Assembly: GCA_964486045.1 (NCBI GenBank)
Contig: CAZALK010000001.1
Span: 520,242 to 584,241 of the forward strand
Direction: 5' to 3'
DNA from: an uncultured archaeon
Lineage (GTDB): Archaea; Asgardarchaeota; Lokiarchaeia; Sigyniarchaeales; SOKP01
Length of the DNA stretch: 64,000 nucleotides
Position 1 is the first letter of the stretch. Each line of letters begins with the position of its first letter. This document shows, piece by piece, positions 61,256 to 64,000 of the stretch. Made by a program: the position numbers and the translations under genes. The notes under the pieces are model-generated. The model saw only the letters and a program-made list of their open reading frames with translations. It ran no database searches and was not told the DNA's origin.

Positions 61256-63073
61256 TTAAATCCAAAAGAGTAATCCACCAAAATTTATTAATGATAGTAT
61301 AAAATTCCCCGCAACAATAAATAATGTGATTAGTCGTATTGAATTCAAAATATCCCTTTTTATCTTTCTCTTTTCATCATAATAATGATCGTAAGATATT
61401 TCGATTCTGCAACCTTCAGGTAATTTTTTCTGTTCAGGGAGATTTAACGAAACAGTATCTTTAAAACCGTCTCCGATTTTATCAATCAATTTATAATTTT
61501 CTTCTGCAAGTATAATTCTGCTCGAATTTGTAAATTTTGATTGATCATCCATGATAATTTCTATAGAATTTATTTTATCGACACGATATTCTGATAATTC
61601 GTAGTCTCTTTCATCATTTTTGAAAAAGTATTTATCTTTCTTATTCTTGAGAGACTTGTAATCCTCTCCTATACCCCAATTTATTAATTCTTTTACGAGC
61701 CTATCACCATCAAATACAGGCAAAGGTAACATATTGAATAAAGTAATGCTAAATGCGATAACAAAAAGCCATAATATTTCTCTAAATAATATTACTGGCC
61801 AAGTGCTTGTAAAGAATTTTGCTACATCATTTTTATGCATAAAATAATAATTGGGTCCAATTCCAACAAATACTCCTGTTATATTAACATTGAGTGTATA
61901 ATTTTCTGTGTCGGTACTCAGAGTTAAATTTTTTAAATCAAATAAAGTCAGTGCCTTTCCTAATGTGGTCCCATTATTTCGACTGATCGGAACGCCATTA
62001 ATTTTATTAATTATTAAATCTACTGTTAAACTGGTATTGAAATTATTTCCTCCCTCACTTTCACTGAAAATTTTTGTTATTTGTATTTCTGTATCAGAAA
62101 TATTAGTATATAAAATGCCGATATAGTATCGTGGTCCTAGAATAATATTTTTTTCAAGAATCACATCAGAAGAAGGACTATATATTTTAAAGGTTAGATT
62201 ATCTCCAATAGAGCATTTTAAGCTTGTCTTGTTATTTAAAATATTGGTAAAAGTTCTTCCCTCGTAGTTATCAAGGGAGATATAATCTTCATCTAAAGCT
62301 CCTTGTTTTTTAATTGCTAATATAACATCACCTGTAGAGAGGTTTCCTTCATTGAATCCTCCTTGAGCTTCTGTAAGTACTGAATTTACTTGAGTAACCT
62401 GACGATACCACGGAGCTATAATTAAGGGAAATGTTAAAATTAAGATAAATGCTATCCCTGCTGTAATTCCATTAACAAAAGTACCTGCAGCTGCGATTCT
62501 TAATCGTGTATTTCTTTGAAATTTATTTGAGTTTAATTCCCTTTCATCTACTTCAACAAATGCACCTAATCCAATAATGAAAAATACGCCTGCTCCAAGA
62601 ATTCCGGTAGATTTAACATCCACATCCTCGGCACCTGCGGCTATTCCATGTGCAAATTCATGAGTAGTTACAATAAATAAAAGGGGAAGAATTAAGTAAA
62701 AAAATAATGGGAGATCAATCGTAACTCCAGGAATAAGAGGAACTAGTGCTTGTTCGGGTCTTGGATCTATAATTAGGTTAACAAAGTTTGTAAAAAAGAA
62801 ATAAAACGCGTAAATTGTAAATGCAAATGAAATAAAGATCCCAATAGTCCAGAAAATCTTCCAAGCTTTTGGTGCTTTCTTGGAAATCCTTCTAAGAAAT
62901 TTGTTTAGTCTTTTTGTTTTGAACATTGCTAATAAAGGGAAAAAGAGATAAGCAGCACCTTTCTTCTTTCTTAATAAATACGCAAAAACTAAAACAATTA
63001 ACCAAAATAATAAAGATAAAATAAACCAGGGATTAAGAAAAAAATCTAAAATTGGATTATTAAACAAAGGCAT
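61256..63073 (-). CDS. Site-2 (M50) intramembrane metalloprotease with PDZ-like insert
   Basis: HEFAH, GAFVE, AAAG..N, NMLPLPVFDG. Confidence 0.92.
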   Translation of the reverse strand: MPLFNNPILDFFLNPWFILSLLFWLIVLVFAYLLRKKKGAAYLFFPLLAMFKTKRLNKFLRRISKKAPKAWKIFWTIGIFISFAFTIYAFYFFFTNFVNLIIDPRPEQALVPLIPGVTIDLPLFFYLILPLLFIVTTHEFAHGIAAGAEDVDVKSTGILGAGVFFIIGLGAFVEVDERELNSNKFQRNTRLRIAAAGTFVNGITAGIAFILILTFPLIIAPWYRQVTQVNSVLTEAQGGFNEGNLSTGDVILAIKKQGALDEDYISLDNYEGRTFTNILNNKTSLKCSIGDNLTFKIYSPSSDVILEKNIILGPRYYIGILYTNISDTEIQITKIFSESEGGNNFNTSLTVDLIINKINGVPISRNNGTTLGKALTLFDLKNLTLSTDTENYTLNVNITGVFVGIGPNYYFMHKNDVAKFFTSTWPVILFREILWLFVIAFSITLFNMLPLPVFDGDRLVKELINWGIGEDYKSLKNKKDKYFFKNDERDYELSEYRVDKINSIEIIMDDQSKFTNSSRIILAEENYKLIDKIGDGFKDTVSLNLPEQKKLPEGCRIEISYDHYYDEKRKIKRDILNSIRLITLFIVAGNFILSLINFGGLLFWI

Positions 63074-63360
63074 ATATTTCTGATGATATTTGCTTATTTT
63101 TTATTAGGTAAGTTAATTATAAAGTTAAACTTTTTCTATAAAAAATTCATATGTTTACCAGCACACTCATGACTATATAAGTATGAAAATTTTTAGTTTT
63201 TATGTTGTAGTGTCATTTAGATTTGAAAATTTTCTTCTTTATTTCAATTAACGTTTAAAATTAAGTATAAGTAAAAAGTAAAACATTTTATTTTAGGATT
63301 TATATTCATTATATATAATAAGTATGTATCAGTACAAAATGGTCCCATAAATTTATTCAA

Positions 63361-63485
63361 AGCGGGGTGGGCTAGCCTGGTTTATGCCGCAGGGCTCATA
63401 CCTTGATGAAGTGCGGAAAAACAAAAAATACCGTTCTTTAGAATGAGAAACCCTGAGATCGTTCGTTCAAATCGAACCCCCGCTA
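63361..63485 (+). tRNA. Initiator tRNA-Met(CAT) with 49-nt canonical 37/38 intron (63401-63449)
   Basis: A1-U72 pair, GGG/CCC in anticodon stem, BHB central helix CTCA/TGAG. Confidence 0.94.
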
Positions 63486-63638
63486 CTAATAATTACTAAT
63501 AATATCCCTTGTCATTTTTTTCTCATTGATGTGATGAGGAATAATAAAAAAGAGGACTTTCATATTATACCCTTAATAAGTATTTCTAAATTATACGAAA
63601 TTTAATTTTTAACTATTAGCATTAGTAAGTGAATTAAA

Positions 63639-64000
63639 ATGAGTGGGAGTAGTAGTTATAAAAGAAATCCTGCAATTCATTGTTGGATAAGACATATCGT
63701 AGAGAGTGAATTTGAAGAAGGAGAGAATTCTTTTGATACAATCTTTGGAAAAGTTAAAAGGATTCGCATTATTGGGACAATAATTAGGAAAAATGAAGAA
63801 CTTAAAGAAGTTGATGAGTATAATTTTGGACTAGAAGATGCTGCAGAAGAAAGTACACAATTAATATTTGAAATAGACGATAGTACAAGTTTGATTAGAG
63901 CAATATTAGATAGTGTTAATCCTGAAAAATTTAGGAACTTTAATGTAGGTCATATTGTTGATATTGTTGGTCGTCCTAGGATAAGAGAAGGAATTTTGTC
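63639..64000 (+). CDS. RPA2/RPA32-like OB-fold protein (3'-partial, absent from the ORF track)
   Basis: MSGSSSYKRNPA..VKRIRIIGTI..FEIDDSTSLIRA..VGHIVDIVGR; open to window end. Confidence 0.75.
   Translation, partial: MSGSSSYKRNPAIHCWIRHIVESEFEEGENSFDTIFGKVKRIRIIGTIIRKNEELKEVDEYNFGLEDAAEESTQLIFEIDDSTSLIRAILDSVNPEKFRNFNVGHIVDIVGRPRIREGIL

Noticed and set aside
476-62126. Many short antisense ORFs overlapping well-supported genes (for example 476-799, 18890-19183, 41001-41468, 59694-60092)
   Set aside because: Opposite-strand shadows with no recognisable motifs
63401-63449. Box C/D guide RNA in the iMet intron (TGATGA near its 5' end)
   Set aside because: No CTGA box D or C'/D' pair inside the intron; a simple GAAG-GCGG/CCGT-CTTT hairpin explains the sequence

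Overview
Low-GC archaeal chromosome segment, most consistent with a Lokiarchaeia (Promethearchaeia, Asgard) genome. This assignment is inferred from archaeal information-processing genes, three Rab-like GTPases (one fused to a Roadblock domain), an Ost5/TMEM258-like protein, many zinc-ribbon proteins and an expanded 23S rRNA. Positions 1-29 kb and 54-64 kb are core genes: PolD DP2, Cbf5, Rpo5-Rpo2, TFE, aMBF1, PAN, NAC, NrdD, IlvE, PanE, PPS, aRF1, GET3/ArsA, Ncs6, S2P and an RPA2-like protein. These regions also hold four intron-containing tRNA genes, three with non-canonical intron positions. Positions 29-50 kb are an accessory region of lipid, CoA and redox genes with at least three pseudogenes. 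A stand-alone 23S rRNA gene lies on the minus strand (about 50390-53820) with no 16S or 5S beside it. Most notable signals: (1) two ORF-less bulge-helix-bulge (BHB) micro-introns inside the 23S gene, in helix 69 and helix 91, plus a ~233-nt ES39 and a ~91-nt ES9; (2) repeated partial copies of the 23S 3' trailer that bracket foreign-looking genes, suggesting the trailer acts as an integration or accretion site; (3) a promoter, 28-codon leader ORF and long hairpin upstream of an FrhB-HTH fusion; (4) small membrane proteins resembling eukaryotic ER biogenesis subunits (EMC6-like or DAD1-like, and Ost5-like). All assignments come from manual motif reading; no database search was run.
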